From Polyangiales bacterium (GTDB lineage: Bacteria; Myxococcota_A; Polyangia; Polyangiales; Houyiibacteriaceae), in contig JBFICQ010000003.1 in assembly GCA_041581895.1 (NCBI GenBank), positions 1 through 38,222 of the forward strand: DNA of 38,222 bases. The letters run 5' to 3'. Under the pieces are notes generated by a model. That model was not told the origin of the DNA. It did not search any database and saw nothing but the letters and a program-made list of their open reading frames with translations. The translations under genes were made by a program, and so were the position numbers. This document shows positions 1-10,538 of this stretch, in pieces; position 1 is the first letter of the stretch, and every line of letters begins with the position of its first letter.

Positions 1-17
1 CGTGTTATAGACGGCGC

Positions 18-2843
18 ATGCATTCTCGCTTTCTCTTGGTTGCGGCTCTAGCGGTCGCGGGTCTTGGTTGCGACGACGGCGGAGACCTCGGTGGTACAGG
101 TGGCGTCGGTGGGACGGGCGGTATCGATGACGCACTCGACTTGAACATCGGACCGGGCGAGGTGCGGGCTGGCCGGCTGACTGCCAGTCAACTACCCGCG
201 GATGAAAATGGCCTCGCGGTGTACGAAGAAGGCGACTTCGCGCTAGTGAATGAGCACATTGCGCTCATCATCGAAGATGAAGGCGTCTCGGAGCTCTACG
301 CTCCGTTCGGCGGGCTGATCGTCGGCATCGCGCGTTTTCGAGACGGCGCGCTCGTCGACCGTGCGGACTACAACGAATTTGCGATCGGGCTGCGCCGCTT
401 CCTAGTCGCAGCGGATGGCGTGTCGATCGTCAACGACGGAACGGACGGCAACCCTGCGGTCGTTCGAGCAGAGGGGCCCTTGATTGCCTTCCCGTTCTTG
501 GAAGACCTCTTAGGCGGCACGACAGCCGGAACCATTCTCCTTGGGCCTCCTCCTCCCGAAGATGAGGAATTCCAGGCAACCCGGGCTCAAGTCGACTACG
601 AGTTGGCACCGAGCGCCGAGCACCTCGACATCTACTACACCTTGGACGGGGGCCTGACCGTCGCGCCGGTCTACCTGTTTTTCCAGAGCCAACGGATGAC
701 GCCCTACGTGCCGGGGCAGGGCTTCGGCGTTGGTAAGATCGACCTTCCCTATCCGTACATGGGCTGGGCCGACGACGATGCGGTCAGTTATGCCGCGGAA
801 GCTCCTTCGGGACCGATGAGCGCGCTCTTTGCGACCGCCGCAGCATTTGGTTTCACCAACCCAGAGGTGTCGGGCGTGCTTCCCCTCGCGGGTGAAGAGG
901 TCGCCTTTGCCGCGGGCGAGCGTGAACACTTGATGCGCATACATGTTGGAGGCAACGGGATCGAGGGGCTTCGACGAGCGATCGCACGAACCGATGGCAT
1001 CTCGACACGAACAATCGCGGGAACGGTGCGCAACGCCGACGGCTCTCCCGCACAAGGAGCTCGCGTCCATGCGCAGACGACCGGAGCGGAACCCTCGTAT
1101 CTGACCCGCGTGACGAGCGCCACCGATGGAAGCTATGCCCTCGACGTGCCGGCCGGCCAAGACGTGCAGCTTCGTGCATACCGCCGTGGAGACGGAATCA
1201 CTGAGCCTCTGGTGGTCGATGCAACGACTGAAACAGCCGAGCTCCAGCTGCCGGCCAAGGGCACGATTCGCGTCCTCGCTCGCGATGCCGACTCTCAGGT
1301 GCCGCTCCCGGTGCGCGTTCAGGTGCTTCCCGAAGCGGCGGGCTTCCAACCGCCGGACAACTTCGGCGAACCCCGCGTCCCGTTCGACGACCGTCTCCAT
1401 GTGGTCTTCCCAAGCGACGGCGACGTGACCCTCGCTGCGCCCCTTGGGAACAACCGTGTCGTCGTCTCTCGGGGCTACGAGTACGATCTCGTCGACGGCG
1501 TCGTGGCGGTGGCCATGGGCCCGCCAGCCGAAGTCAACGCGAACCTCAGGCGGGTCGTCGACTCGACTGGGGTGATGTGCGGCGACTTCCACATACATAC
1601 CCACCGCTCACCTGATGCTCCGGATTCGCCGGAATTCAAACTGCGAAGCGCCGCGGGCGATGGCGTCGAGCTTCCGGTCCGCACCGATCACGAATTCGTG
1701 GCCGCCTTTGAACCGGTGGTCCAGACAACAGGCCTCGGCAACTGGCTGTATGGGCTTTCCTCACTCGAGCTCACGACCTTCTCATGGGGCCACTTTGGGG
1801 TCTTCCCTATCGAGCCCGACCCAAACCTTCCGAACGATGGCGCCATCCTGTGGAACGGCGTGGACGAATCGGGCGCAGTCGAGATCCTAGAGCCGGTTCC
1901 GGTGTTCGAGATGGCGCGCGCTCGACCCGGCGATCCCGAAGTCATCATCTTCCACCCCCGCGAACGACCAGGAAGCGGAGGGGGGTTCGACTCGATCTCG
2001 GGCGGGGCCTACTTCATGGGCATCGGAAGGCTGGGGGCTCTTCAGGTCGCCAACACGGGTGGCGTCGACTACGACCCAGCCACCGACACGATCCGACGCA
2101 CCGATATCGACCGCGCGACGTGGTGGGACACCGAGTTCAAGGCCGTCGAAGTCTTCAACGACAGCTCGTTCGAAGAGAACAGACGCAATGCGGGGCGCAT
2201 TCACGCGGGCGGCGATTTCAGCGACGTCATCGGAACGGTCGACGATTGGTTTGGTTTGCTGAACAGCAGCGAGCGCGATGGCGTTTTCGCGGTCGGCTCC
2301 TCGGATAGCCACAGTATCATGTCGGGGAGCCCGGTCGGATACCCGCGGACGTGCTTGTTCGTCGACACGGACGACCCGCAAGACCTTCGTGCCGACTCCA
2401 GCACTCCGCAAACGATCAAGAGTCTGGTGCGCACCGGTCGAGTCGTCATCAATGGCGGGATGTATGTCACCGCCTCGGCGTCGTCGGGAGAGGGGCCCGG
2501 CCAGACGATTGCCGGCACCGGCCCCTACACGATCAATGTCACCGTGCAGGCGCCCTTGTGGGTTGGAAACGTCGAGCTCATCGAGATGTGGGTCAGCACG
2601 GCGGGCATCGTGACGAACACCGCGATCGCGAGCAATCCCAACCCCAGTCTCGACAACGGCGCGGTGCTTCGCTTCTCCCAGCCAGTAGAGGTGCCGAGCG
2701 ACGCCGACTGGGTCATTTTTCACGCCCGCGGCGACTACGATCCCACGATTGAGAGCCGCGCAGATCAACCGCAAACCCTCGCCCCGGTTCATCCCGAGCG
2801 TTTGCCCTTCGGCGTGACCAACCCGATCTTCTTCCAACGGTGA
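18..2843 (+). CDS. CehA/McbA-like (PHP-fold) metallohydrolase domain lipoprotein with central carboxypeptidase-regulatory-like beta domains
   Basis: 941 aa. Signal with lipobox (VAGLG-C) followed by a Gly-rich linker GGTGGVGGTGG. Middle segment IAGTVRNADGSPAQGARVHA...DGSYALDVP resembles a CarboxypepD_reg-like domain. PHP-type metal motifs GDFHIHTHRSPD, TDHE, GHFGVFP, IFHPR and GSSDSH. Confidence 0.75.
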   Translation: MHSRFLLVAALAVAGLGCDDGGDLGGTGGVGGTGGIDDALDLNIGPGEVRAGRLTASQLPADENGLAVYEEGDFALVNEHIALIIEDEGVSELYAPFGGLIVGIARFRDGALVDRADYNEFAIGLRRFLVAADGVSIVNDGTDGNPAVVRAEGPLIAFPFLEDLLGGTTAGTILLGPPPPEDEEFQATRAQVDYELAPSAEHLDIYYTLDGGLTVAPVYLFFQSQRMTPYVPGQGFGVGKIDLPYPYMGWADDDAVSYAAEAPSGPMSALFATAAAFGFTNPEVSGVLPLAGEEVAFAAGEREHLMRIHVGGNGIEGLRRAIARTDGISTRTIAGTVRNADGSPAQGARVHAQTTGAEPSYLTRVTSATDGSYALDVPAGQDVQLRAYRRGDGITEPLVVDATTETAELQLPAKGTIRVLARDADSQVPLPVRVQVLPEAAGFQPPDNFGEPRVPFDDRLHVVFPSDGDVTLAAPLGNNRVVVSRGYEYDLVDGVVAVAMGPPAEVNANLRRVVDSTGVMCGDFHIHTHRSPDAPDSPEFKLRSAAGDGVELPVRTDHEFVAAFEPVVQTTGLGNWLYGLSSLELTTFSWGHFGVFPIEPDPNLPNDGAILWNGVDESGAVEILEPVPVFEMARARPGDPEVIIFHPRERPGSGGGFDSISGGAYFMGIGRLGALQVANTGGVDYDPATDTIRRTDIDRATWWDTEFKAVEVFNDSSFEENRRNAGRIHAGGDFSDVIGTVDDWFGLLNSSERDGVFAVGSSDSHSIMSGSPVGYPRTCLFVDTDDPQDLRADSSTPQTIKSLVRTGRVVINGGMYVTASASSGEGPGQTIAGTGPYTINVTVQAPLWVGNVELIEMWVSTAGIVTNTAIASNPNPSLDNGAVLRFSQPVEVPSDADWVIFHARGDYDPTIESRADQPQTLAPVHPERLPFGVTNPIFFQR

Positions 2844-2848
2844 GGCCG

Positions 2849-3541
2849 CTACGTGTGATCCCACAGACGAATCGCACCGCGCATCGCTTCCTCAAGCGAG
2901 AAAAAGCGCACCTTGGCCGAGACGTCCCGTTGAAGGTGACGCGCGTTTCCTCCGCCCAGATGAAGCTCGTCGTAGTTGAACAGGCGCTCGAGCTCGTCGA
3001 GAGCATCGAGCACCCGCTCCGTCCACTCGGAAGGTCCGATGCGTTTGAGCTCCGTGTCGCGAACCAGGTCTTCGTAGGTCTTCCCATCGCGGAAGGGGTG
3101 ATGTCCTAGCTCGAGGTTCGGAACGAGCCGGCCTTCGGTGAACAACGCCGAGCCGAGTCCGGTTCCAAGCGTCAGTACGAGCTCCACGCCGTGCCCTTCG
3201 ACCACGCCCAGTCCCTGCACGTCCGCGTCGTTAGCCACCCGGACCGGACTGCCTAGTAGTTGCTCCAACCTTGCCGCCAACGGCACGGCTCGCCAGAGCT
3301 CGTTTCCGAGGTTTGGGGCGTTGTACGTCACCCCGGATTTCACCACCCCCGGAAACCCCACGGAGACGCGATGGTAGGCCTCCACCGTGTCGGCGACTTC
3401 GCTGATCGTCGCGATGAGCGCGTCAGGCGTGGCTGGCTCCGGGGTCGGACGATGTTGAGAGACCCCGGTGACGGCACCGTCGTCGTTGAGCGTGAGGAAC
3501 TTGATGCTTCCGCCGCCGATGTCGATCGCCAGTGTGCTCAT
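2849..3541 (-). CDS. ROK family sugar kinase, polyphosphate glucokinase (PpgK)-like
   Basis: Motifs [44 protein letters not shown] and LHLGGGN. Lacks the Cys-rich Zn motif of classical ROK glucokinases. Start overlaps the pgi stop (ATGA). Confidence 0.8.
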   Translation of the reverse strand: MSTLAIDIGGGSIKFLTLNDDGAVTGVSQHRPTPEPATPDALIATISEVADTVEAYHRVSVGFPGVVKSGVTYNAPNLGNELWRAVPLAARLEQLLGSPVRVANDADVQGLGVVEGHGVELVLTLGTGLGSALFTEGRLVPNLELGHHPFRDGKTYEDLVRDTELKRIGPSEWTERVLDALDELERLFNYDELHLGGGNARHLQRDVSAKVRFFSLEEAMRGAIRLWDHT

Positions 3542-5184
3542 GATGGGGGCTCGCGGTGTCTGCGATAATATTCGATCAGTTGGTGCGTCGAGCTGTCGTG
3601 CTCGCCTCGCTTACCGCTGAGCTCCGGTAGGACGACCTTTGCGAGCTGCTTCCCGAGCTCCACACCCCATTGATCGAAGCTATAGATGTTCCAGATCACG
3701 CCTTGCACGAATATCTTGTGCTCATAGAGCGCGATCAATCTACCCAGCGCTCGCGGAGTCAGCTTTTCGAGCATGAAGATGTTGCTCGGTCGATTCCCAG
3801 GAAACGCCTTGTGGGGCGCGAGCAGCGCGACTTCTTCTTTCGGAGCGCCACCTTTGCGGAGCTCTTCACGTGACTCTTCCAAGGTCTTTCCCCGCATCAA
3901 CGCCTCGGCCTGTGCGATGCAGTTGGCTACCAAGATATCGTGATGCTGGCCTAGAGGGTTCTGGCTCTGCGCGGGCACGATGAAGTCGCACGGCACCCAA
4001 TCCGTCCCCTGGTGGAGGAGCTGGAAGAAGGCGTGTTGCCCGTTGGTCCCCGGCTCGCCCCAAACGACGGGCGCGGTGCCATGGCTCACTACCGCGCCAT
4101 CGCGCGAGGTGCGCTTGCCATTGCTTTCCATGTCTGCCTGCTGCAGGTACGCCGGAAAACGGTGCAAGTACTGATCGTAAGGCAAGACGGCATGCGAGGT
4201 CGCACCGAAGAAGTCGCGGTACCACACCCCGAGCAGCGCCATCAAGACCGGGATGTTCTCGCGGAGGGGCGCGGTTCGAAAGTGTTCGTCCACCTCGTAC
4301 GCACCCGCGAGCAGCTCCTCGAAATGCTCCATCCCAATCACGCACGCAATCGACAGGCCGATCGCCGACCAGAGCGAGTATCGGCCACCCACCCAATCCC
4401 AGAACTCGAACATGCTCTCTGGGTCGATCCCAAAGGCCGTCACGGCCTTGCGGTTGGTCGATAGCGCGACGAAATGCTTGGCCACCGCCTCTTCACTTCC
4501 GAGGTTTTTGACCAACCACTGACGGGCGGAGCGCGCGTTGGTCAGCGTTTCCAGCGTCGTGAACGTCTTCGAAGCGATGATGAAGAGGGTCGTTTCGGGG
4601 CGCACATCCCGGAGCACCTCACTGAGATGGGTCCCGTCGACATTCGACACGAAATGCGCACGCAGCCCGTCTTTCCAATACGGGCGGAGCGCTTCACTGA
4701 CCATCAGAGGCCCGAGATCCGAGCCACCGATCCCGATGTTGACTATGTCGGTGATGGGCCGACCCGTGTGACCGGCCCACACACCGTTGCGAACGGCATC
4801 TGCGAAGCTCCGCATCTGCTCGAGAACACGCCGCACGTCGGCCATCACGTCGACGCCCTGCACCATCACCGCGCGATCTCCGCGATTACGAAGAGCCGTG
4901 TGTAAGACCGCGCGCCCTTCAGTCACGTTGATCGGATCGCCGGCAAACATGCGGCTGATCCAATCGCGAACGCCGCATTCTTCCGCCAACTCTACGAGCA
5001 GGGTCATGCTCTGATCGGTGATTCGATTTTTCGAGTAGTCGAAGAGAAGGCCACCGAGCATGGACGAGAAACGCCCGGCGCGTTCGGGGTCTTCGTCGAA
5101 GAGCTCCCTCATCTGGAGGTCGCACACCTCGTCGTAGTGAGCCCGAAGGGCCCGCCATGCCGCGGTATCGGTAGGGTCGACCAT
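3538..5184 (-). CDS. pgi: Glucose-6-phosphate isomerase
   Basis: 548 aa with [67 protein letters not shown] and [10 protein letters not shown]. Confidence 0.97.
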   Translation of the reverse strand: MVDPTDTAAWRALRAHYDEVCDLQMRELFDEDPERAGRFSSMLGGLLFDYSKNRITDQSMTLLVELAEECGVRDWISRMFAGDPINVTEGRAVLHTALRNRGDRAVMVQGVDVMADVRRVLEQMRSFADAVRNGVWAGHTGRPITDIVNIGIGGSDLGPLMVSEALRPYWKDGLRAHFVSNVDGTHLSEVLRDVRPETTLFIIASKTFTTLETLTNARSARQWLVKNLGSEEAVAKHFVALSTNRKAVTAFGIDPESMFEFWDWVGGRYSLWSAIGLSIACVIGMEHFEELLAGAYEVDEHFRTAPLRENIPVLMALLGVWYRDFFGATSHAVLPYDQYLHRFPAYLQQADMESNGKRTSRDGAVVSHGTAPVVWGEPGTNGQHAFFQLLHQGTDWVPCDFIVPAQSQNPLGQHHDILVANCIAQAEALMRGKTLEESREELRKGGAPKEEVALLAPHKAFPGNRPSNIFMLEKLTPRALGRLIALYEHKIFVQGVIWNIYSFDQWGVELGKQLAKVVLPELSGKRGEHDSSTHQLIEYYRRHREPPS

Positions 5185-5210
5185 CGGACCCGAACTTAGC
5201 CTTTGCTGGC

Positions 5211-7295
5211 CTAGTTTACTAGGAGCGGCGCGAGGACGAGCGCGACGATGCTCATCAGCTTCACGAGGATGTTCAACGAGGGGCCGGCTGTATCCTTGAA
5301 GGGATCGCCGACCGTGTCGCCAACGACTGCCGCGTTGTGGGCCTCACTGCCCTTCTCGTGAAGCGAGCCGTCGGTCATCCTGTAGCCGCCGCCCTCGAAG
5401 GACTTCTTGGCGTTGTCCCAGGCGCCTCCGGCGTTCGCCATGAAGAGAGCCATGGCGACGCCCGACACGGTGACCCCTGCGAGCAGGCCACCAAGCGGTT
5501 CGGGGCCCATCACAAATCCGACCACGACGGGCGTGAGAATCGCGAGCGCGCCCGGCGCTAGCATGCGCTTGAGCGAGGCCTCGGTCGAGATCTTCACGCA
5601 GCGCGCGGTATCGGGCTTGGCCTTGCCCTCGAGGAGGCCTGGAATCTCGTGGAACTGTCGGCGAACCTCTTCGATCATGTCCATCGCCGCCACGCCCACG
5701 GCCTTCATCGCCATCGAGGAGAAAAGGAAGGGAAGCATGGCGCCTAGGAACAGGCCGGCCATCACGAGCGGCTTCGAAATGTCGATACCGGTGATCTTCG
5801 CGGTCTGTGCAAAAGCTGCAAAGAGCGCGAGAGCCGTCATAGCGGCGGAACCGATCGCGAAGCCCTTGCCGATCGCCGCGGTGGTGTTGCCGACAGCATC
5901 GAGCTTGTCGGTGCGTTGACGAACCTTTGGATCCTGACCGCTCATCTCGGCAATGCCGCCAGCGTTGTCGGCGATTGGGCCGTAGGCATCCACGGCGAGC
6001 TGAATGCCGGTCGTCGAAAGCATGCCAAGCGCGGCGATGGCTACGCCGTAAAGACCGGCTACCTTGGCCGCCACCACCACGCCAAATGCGATGACGAGGA
6101 TGGGAAGCGCCGTCGATTGCATGCCCACGCCGAGGCCGGCAATGATGTTCGTTGCGGTGCCGGTCTTGCTCTGCTCGGCAATGCTGTCGACGGGTGGCTT
6201 TTGCATCGAGGTGTAGTAGGAGGTGATGAGGCCCACGGCGACGCCGGCGAAGAGACCCGCGACCGTCGCCCAGCCGACGTCCGTCCATGTTACGACCTGC
6301 CCCTTGAGATTGGTCGCGCCCTCGGCGGGCCACATGTACTTCGCGATCCCGAAGGTGGCGAGAGCCATCACGCCCGCGGCGCCGAAAGCGCCGGTGTCGA
6401 GCGCATGCTGAGGATTGCCACCCTCTTTGGTGCGAACGAAGAAAGTGCCCACGATCGAGCAAAGGATGCCCGCCCCCGCGATGACGAGTGGCATCAGCAC
6501 CGGGCCGATCGACGTGCGTTCGGAAACCACGTTGAAGCCGAGCGCCAACACCATCGCCCCGATGATGGCGCCGACGAACGACTCGAAGAGGTCTGCCCCC
6601 ATGCCAGCCACGTCGCCGACGTTGTCCCCCACATTGTCCGCGATGACGGCTGGGTTACGAGGATCGTCCTCCGGAAGACCCGACTCGACCTTGCCGACCA
6701 GGTCTGCGCCAACATCGGCCGCCTTGGTGTAGATGCCTCCGCCGACGCGTGCGAAGAGCGCGATCGACGAAGCACCCATCGAGAAGCCGGTGATCACGTT
6801 GACCGTTCGGACCAGCTCCCAGCCGAGCACATTAGTGAAAAGGATGTAGAGCCCGCCGAGGCCAAGCGTTGCTAGGCCGACGACGGTCATGCCCATCACC
6901 GTGCCCCCCGAGAAGGCAACCGCGAGCGCAGGGGGTAAGCCTTCACGCGCCGCCGCGGTGGTGCGGACGTTGGCGTTCGTGGCGACCTTCATCCCGGCCC
7001 AACCGGCAGCCGCCGAGGCCAAGGCCCCCGCGACGAAGGCGCCCGCAATCTGCCAGCCCCGCGATGGGTCTCCAAAGTACGCGAACCCGAGAATCGAGCC
7101 GACAACGAGCACGAAGATCGCCAAAACTCGGTATTCGGCGCGGAGGAAAGCCAGGGCGCCCTCCTGAATCCGGCCGGCGATCTCGACCATGTTCGCATCG
7201 CCCGGGTCCTGTTTCGAAACCCATAGTGCTTTCGACCAGGCAAAAAGGAGAGCAAGCACGCCCGCTGCGGGGGCTGCGTAGATCAGTGTGTCCAT
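5211..7295 (-). CDS. hppA: Membrane-bound ion-translocating pyrophosphatase, K+-dependent, probably Na+-pumping
   Basis: 694 aa polytopic membrane protein with [65 protein letters not shown] and [21 protein letters not shown] has Ala at the K+-dependence position. Confidence 0.95.
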   Translation of the reverse strand: MDTLIYAAPAAGVLALLFAWSKALWVSKQDPGDANMVEIAGRIQEGALAFLRAEYRVLAIFVLVVGSILGFAYFGDPSRGWQIAGAFVAGALASAAAGWAGMKVATNANVRTTAAAREGLPPALAVAFSGGTVMGMTVVGLATLGLGGLYILFTNVLGWELVRTVNVITGFSMGASSIALFARVGGGIYTKAADVGADLVGKVESGLPEDDPRNPAVIADNVGDNVGDVAGMGADLFESFVGAIIGAMVLALGFNVVSERTSIGPVLMPLVIAGAGILCSIVGTFFVRTKEGGNPQHALDTGAFGAAGVMALATFGIAKYMWPAEGATNLKGQVVTWTDVGWATVAGLFAGVAVGLITSYYTSMQKPPVDSIAEQSKTGTATNIIAGLGVGMQSTALPILVIAFGVVVAAKVAGLYGVAIAALGMLSTTGIQLAVDAYGPIADNAGGIAEMSGQDPKVRQRTDKLDAVGNTTAAIGKGFAIGSAAMTALALFAAFAQTAKITGIDISKPLVMAGLFLGAMLPFLFSSMAMKAVGVAAMDMIEEVRRQFHEIPGLLEGKAKPDTARCVKISTEASLKRMLAPGALAILTPVVVGFVMGPEPLGGLLAGVTVSGVAMALFMANAGGAWDNAKKSFEGGGYRMTDGSLHEKGSEAHNAAVVGDTVGDPFKDTAGPSLNILVKLMSIVALVLAPLLVN

Positions 7296-7351
7296 ATCCG
7301 CGGAACCTCGATTCGCGCCCGGTTTCGGTGAAGTGCTTGGCGGGCGGCGCG

Positions 7352-7379
7352 TTTCTACAAGATTTGAAAATCAGGTCAA
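7352..7379 (-). promoter_or_regulatory. Putative sigma70-type promoter for hppA
   Basis: Minus strand TTGACC (7379-7374), 16-nt spacer, TAGAAA (7357-7352) in an AT-richer intergenic patch. Overlapped by an inverted repeat TTTGA-N8-TCAAA (7363-7380). Confidence 0.35.
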
Positions 7380-7424
7380 ACCCAGGCGTCGCAGAGTCAT
7401 CAGGTCCCGGAAAACACAACGGAA

Positions 7425-8354
7425 TCAGCTCGGCCGGGCTTCGGCGATCGCCGTGCGGGCCGCAGCGAAGTCCGCGGGGCCTTGGACGCTGAGACGCCCG
7501 ACGTTCTTGTCGATTCGGGCCAAAAGGCCGCTCAGAACGCGGCCGGGCCCCACCTCCACGAAGAGCTCGACCCCATCAGCGATCATCCTTCGCACGCAAT
7601 CTTCCCATCGAACCGGCCGACTGACTTGACGCACCAAGGCCTCTTTGGCCGAGTCCGCATCGGTAACCGGCTTTGCGTCGACATTGACATACACCGGCAC
7701 ACTCGGAGCCGAGAAAGCGATTCCTTGGATGTCCTCCGCAAGTCGGCGTTCGGCAGGCTCCATCAACGTCGAATGAAACGGGGCGCTTACGGGAAGAGAG
7801 CTCGCGCGGGCGCCGGCCTCTTTGAGCTTGGCCCCCGCCTCTTGGACTGCGCTCGTTTCTCCGGCGATCACGATCTGGTTCGGCGAATTGTAATTGACCG
7901 CTTCGACGAGCCCCGGAACTTCCGCACAGATCCGTTCGATCAATGTTCGGTCTGCCTTGAGGACGGCAGCCATCGCGCCCTCGCCGTATGGCACGGCGTC
8001 TTGCATGTAGAGCCCCCGTTTTCGAACCAAACGCACCGCGTCCGCGAGATCGAGTGTCCTGGCCGCAACGTGCGCCGAGTATTCGCCTAGGCTGTGCCCG
8101 GCGACCACGTCGAAAGGCACGTCGAGCGCGCGAAGCAGGGCGATCGAAGTCGTTAGAACCGCGGGCTGCGTATTCGCCGTGAGCTTGAGCTCTTCTTCGG
8201 GTCCCTCGAAGCAAAGCTTCGATAGCTTTTCGCCGAGCGCAGCATCGGCGATTTCGAAAACCTCGCGCGCCGCCTCGAACTGGTCATGGACCTCGCGGCC
8301 CATCCCGACCTTCTGGCTGCCCTGACCCGGAAAAACGAGCGCTACCTTGCTCAT
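7425..8354 (-). CDS. fabD: Malonyl-CoA:ACP transacylase
   Basis: Start moved to the ATG at 8354 (MSKVALVFPGQGSQ). Motifs TANTQPA, GHSLGEYSA (catalytic Ser), VSAPFHS and EVGPGRVLSGL. Confidence 0.95.
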   Translation of the reverse strand: MSKVALVFPGQGSQKVGMGREVHDQFEAAREVFEIADAALGEKLSKLCFEGPEEELKLTANTQPAVLTTSIALLRALDVPFDVVAGHSLGEYSAHVAARTLDLADAVRLVRKRGLYMQDAVPYGEGAMAAVLKADRTLIERICAEVPGLVEAVNYNSPNQIVIAGETSAVQEAGAKLKEAGARASSLPVSAPFHSTLMEPAERRLAEDIQGIAFSAPSVPVYVNVDAKPVTDADSAKEALVRQVSRPVRWEDCVRRMIADGVELFVEVGPGRVLSGLLARIDKNVGRLSVQGPADFAAARTAIAEARPS

Positions 8355-8391
8355 CGCGGAGCTGCATAGCACGATTTGATGGGGGCTACGC

Positions 8392-8856
8392 TTGCAAGAA
8401 CCGAACAATGCCGAAGACGCCGAGCACTTGAGCGCTCTGTCTATCGGTCACTACATCATGGCGGGTCTTCACGCGGTCGGCGCCATCCCTTTGGTCGCCT
8501 ACGCGTTCGCAGGCGCCAAGCTCGCCGAACGGCTCAGCAACGAGATGGCACTGACGATGGGGGACATCTCGGGGCAAGCAGGAGCCGACCCTTTTGCTGG
8601 GGCCCCCAAAGAAATGATGGACGACCTCGGCACGCTAATCGTGACGATGACGGTGCTCGGCTTGGTGTTCGTCGTCGCGGCGTCCGTCGGCTTTTTTCTG
8701 GTCGGGCTAAAGCTGCGCCAGCGCCAGTGGTGGACATTCTGCTATCTCAGCGGCTGGGGCGAATGTTTGATGTTCCCGTTCGGCACGATCCTCGGGGTGT
8801 TCACGATCATCGTGTTGTCGCGCCCGACGGTGAAGCGCGCGTTCGGCATGCACTGA
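8392..8856 (+). CDS. Conserved-looking hypothetical membrane protein (about 3-4 TM)
   Basis: TTG start. Hydrophobic segments; N-terminal DAEHLSALSIGHY and C-terminal CLMFPFGTILGVFTIIVLSRPTVKRAF look like conserved blocks. Fills the gap between fabD and bolA. Confidence 0.65.
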   Translation: MQEPNNAEDAEHLSALSIGHYIMAGLHAVGAIPLVAYAFAGAKLAERLSNEMALTMGDISGQAGADPFAGAPKEMMDDLGTLIVTMTVLGLVFVVAASVGFFLVGLKLRQRQWWTFCYLSGWGECLMFPFGTILGVFTIIVLSRPTVKRAFGMH

Positions 8857-8885
8857 TTGACAAAGGCCCCAACCCGCCGTACCGA
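8857..8885 (+). promoter_or_regulatory. Putative sigma70-type promoter for bolA-grxD
   Basis: TTGACA (8857-8862), 17 nt, TACCGA (8880-8885); SD GGAGG at 8898-8902 before the ATG at 8910. Confidence 0.4.
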
Positions 8886-8909
8886 TCAACGTTATCTGGA
8901 GGCGACCCC

Positions 8910-9164
8910 ATGGTTGAAGCGGAAGAGCTCGAGGAAAGGATTCGCAAAGGCCTGCCCAACGTGTCTCACCTCGTGCTCACGGATCTCACCGGCACTAGGG
9001 ACCACTGGGAAGCCCTCGTCGTATCCGAAGCTTTTGATGGCAAAAACCGCATCGAACAGCACCAAATGGTCTACGCGGCGCTAGGCGAGCTCATGGCGGG
9101 CCCCGTTCATGCACTTGCGCTCAAGACCTACTCGCCCGAGAGTTGGGCTAAGCAAGAGGAGTGA
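8910..9164 (+). CDS. bolA: BolA/IbaG family protein
   Basis: C-terminal 84 aa of ORF 8376..9164, starting MVEAEELEERIR after a GGAGG SD. Motifs DHWEALVVSEAFDGKNRIEQHQMVYAAL and VHALALKT. Confidence 0.9.
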   Translation: MVEAEELEERIRKGLPNVSHLVLTDLTGTRDHWEALVVSEAFDGKNRIEQHQMVYAALGELMAGPVHALALKTYSPESWAKQEE

Positions 9165-9165
9165 C

Positions 9166-9486
9166 ATGGAAGACTCCGTCCGAGAAAAGATTCAGGGCAT
9201 CATCGACTCGAACGACGTCGTTCTTTTCATGAAAGGGACAAAGCACTTCCCGCAATGTGGCTTTTCCGCCACGGTGGTCGAGGTGCTCCGCCGGTCGGGT
9301 TCGGACTTCCAAGACGTGAACGTTCTGGAAAATCCGGAGATTCGACAAGGAATCAAAGAGTTCGCCAACTGGCCAACGATCCCGCAGCTTTACGTTCGCG
9401 GGGAGTTCATCGGTGGCTGCGATATCGTGCGCGAAATGTACGAGAAGGGTGAACTCGATGCCGTGCTTTCTGCTAAACAAAGCTGA
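9166..9486 (+). CDS. grxD: Monothiol glutaredoxin, Grx4 family
   Basis: 106 aa from the ATG at 9166. VLFMKGT, PQCGFS active site, WPTIPQLYV and GEFIGGCDI; adjacent to bolA. Confidence 0.95.
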   Translation: MEDSVREKIQGIIDSNDVVLFMKGTKHFPQCGFSATVVEVLRRSGSDFQDVNVLENPEIRQGIKEFANWPTIPQLYVRGEFIGGCDIVREMYEKGELDAVLSAKQS

Positions 9487-9500
9487 GGCGTTAATCCGTC

Positions 9501-10538
9501 ATGGCGGAGCTTCTTGGCGGTAAATATGAAGTGCTCGAGCTCGCTGGCGAGGGCGGCATGGCGAAGGTGTATCGTGGGCAGACCCATGGCGCCGCAGGGT
9601 TCGTTCGCCCGATCGCCATCAAGCGCGTGTTGGCGCCGTTGAGTCAAAACCCGGAATTCCTGAAGATGTTCGTCGAAGAGGCACGCGTCGTCTCGGAGCT
9701 CGAGCATCCGAACATAGCCCAGATTCACGACTTCGATCGCGACCGGGCTGGCGAGTACTACTTGGTTTTGGAGTGGGTCGACGGGCTCACGCTTGCGGAG
9801 TGGCGGAAGGCCTACCGCAAGAACGGTCAGCAGACGCCGTGGCATCTCGTCGCCGCGATCGGGATCGAAGTATTGAAAGCGCTCCACGCGGCCCACGTGC
9901 GTATCGATCGGGACGGAAACCCCGCCCCGATCTTTCATCGTGATGTGACGCCGCAGAACGTCATGATCAGCACGTGCGGTGTGGTGAAGTTGACCGATTT
10001 CGGGCTTGCGCGCGCGATGGACCGCAGCAGCATCACGAGGCCCGGCTTCGTGAAAGGAAAACTCGCCTACCTGGCACCCGAGCTCACCTACGAGGGCGAC
10101 CCGAGCGCACAGACCGATCTCTTCAGCGTTGGCGTCGTCCTTTGGGAGGTGCTCGCCGGCGAAAAGCTCTTCAAGGGCAAAGACCCGCTCAAAGTCGTTG
10201 GGACCATTCGGGACATGGAAATCCCGAGCCTGGCGGAGATGCGACGAGACATCCCTGCCGCCCTCCGAGGGATCATTCAACGAGCGCTTCAGCGCGACGC
10301 GAACGACCGATACCCCACGGCACATGCGATGGGGCGCGACCTCGCGGCCCTTCTGCGCAAGACGGAAGAGCCAACCGATTCGGACGTCATCGCCAAGAGC
10401 ATCGCCTGGGCGCGACAACAGCTGGCGGACGAAGCCCCGACCAAGCCGTTTCCCAACGCGCAGGCACTTTCGCTCGCAGGCGCCGCCGACGAGACGATCC
10501 CCGACACCAGTATCCCCCTCACCCGTCGTCGTCGCTAG
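9501..10538 (+). CDS. Hanks-type serine/threonine protein kinase, soluble
   Basis: GEGGMAKVY, AIKR, HPNIAQI, HRDVTPQN, KLTDFGLA, GKLAYLAPE and DLFSVGVVLWE. Short C-tail with no TM segment. Confidence 0.93.
   Translation: MAELLGGKYEVLELAGEGGMAKVYRGQTHGAAGFVRPIAIKRVLAPLSQNPEFLKMFVEEARVVSELEHPNIAQIHDFDRDRAGEYYLVLEWVDGLTLAEWRKAYRKNGQQTPWHLVAAIGIEVLKALHAAHVRIDRDGNPAPIFHRDVTPQNVMISTCGVVKLTDFGLARAMDRSSITRPGFVKGKLAYLAPELTYEGDPSAQTDLFSVGVVLWEVLAGEKLFKGKDPLKVVGTIRDMEIPSLAEMRRDIPAALRGIIQRALQRDANDRYPTAHAMGRDLAALLRKTEEPTDSDVIAKSIAWARQQLADEAPTKPFPNAQALSLAGAADETIPDTSIPLTRRRR

Noticed and set aside
8376-9164. 262-aa N-terminally extended BolA fusion
   Set aside because: The extension overlaps the 8392..8856 membrane protein in another frame; a clear SD and ATG at 8910 give a normal-size BolA.
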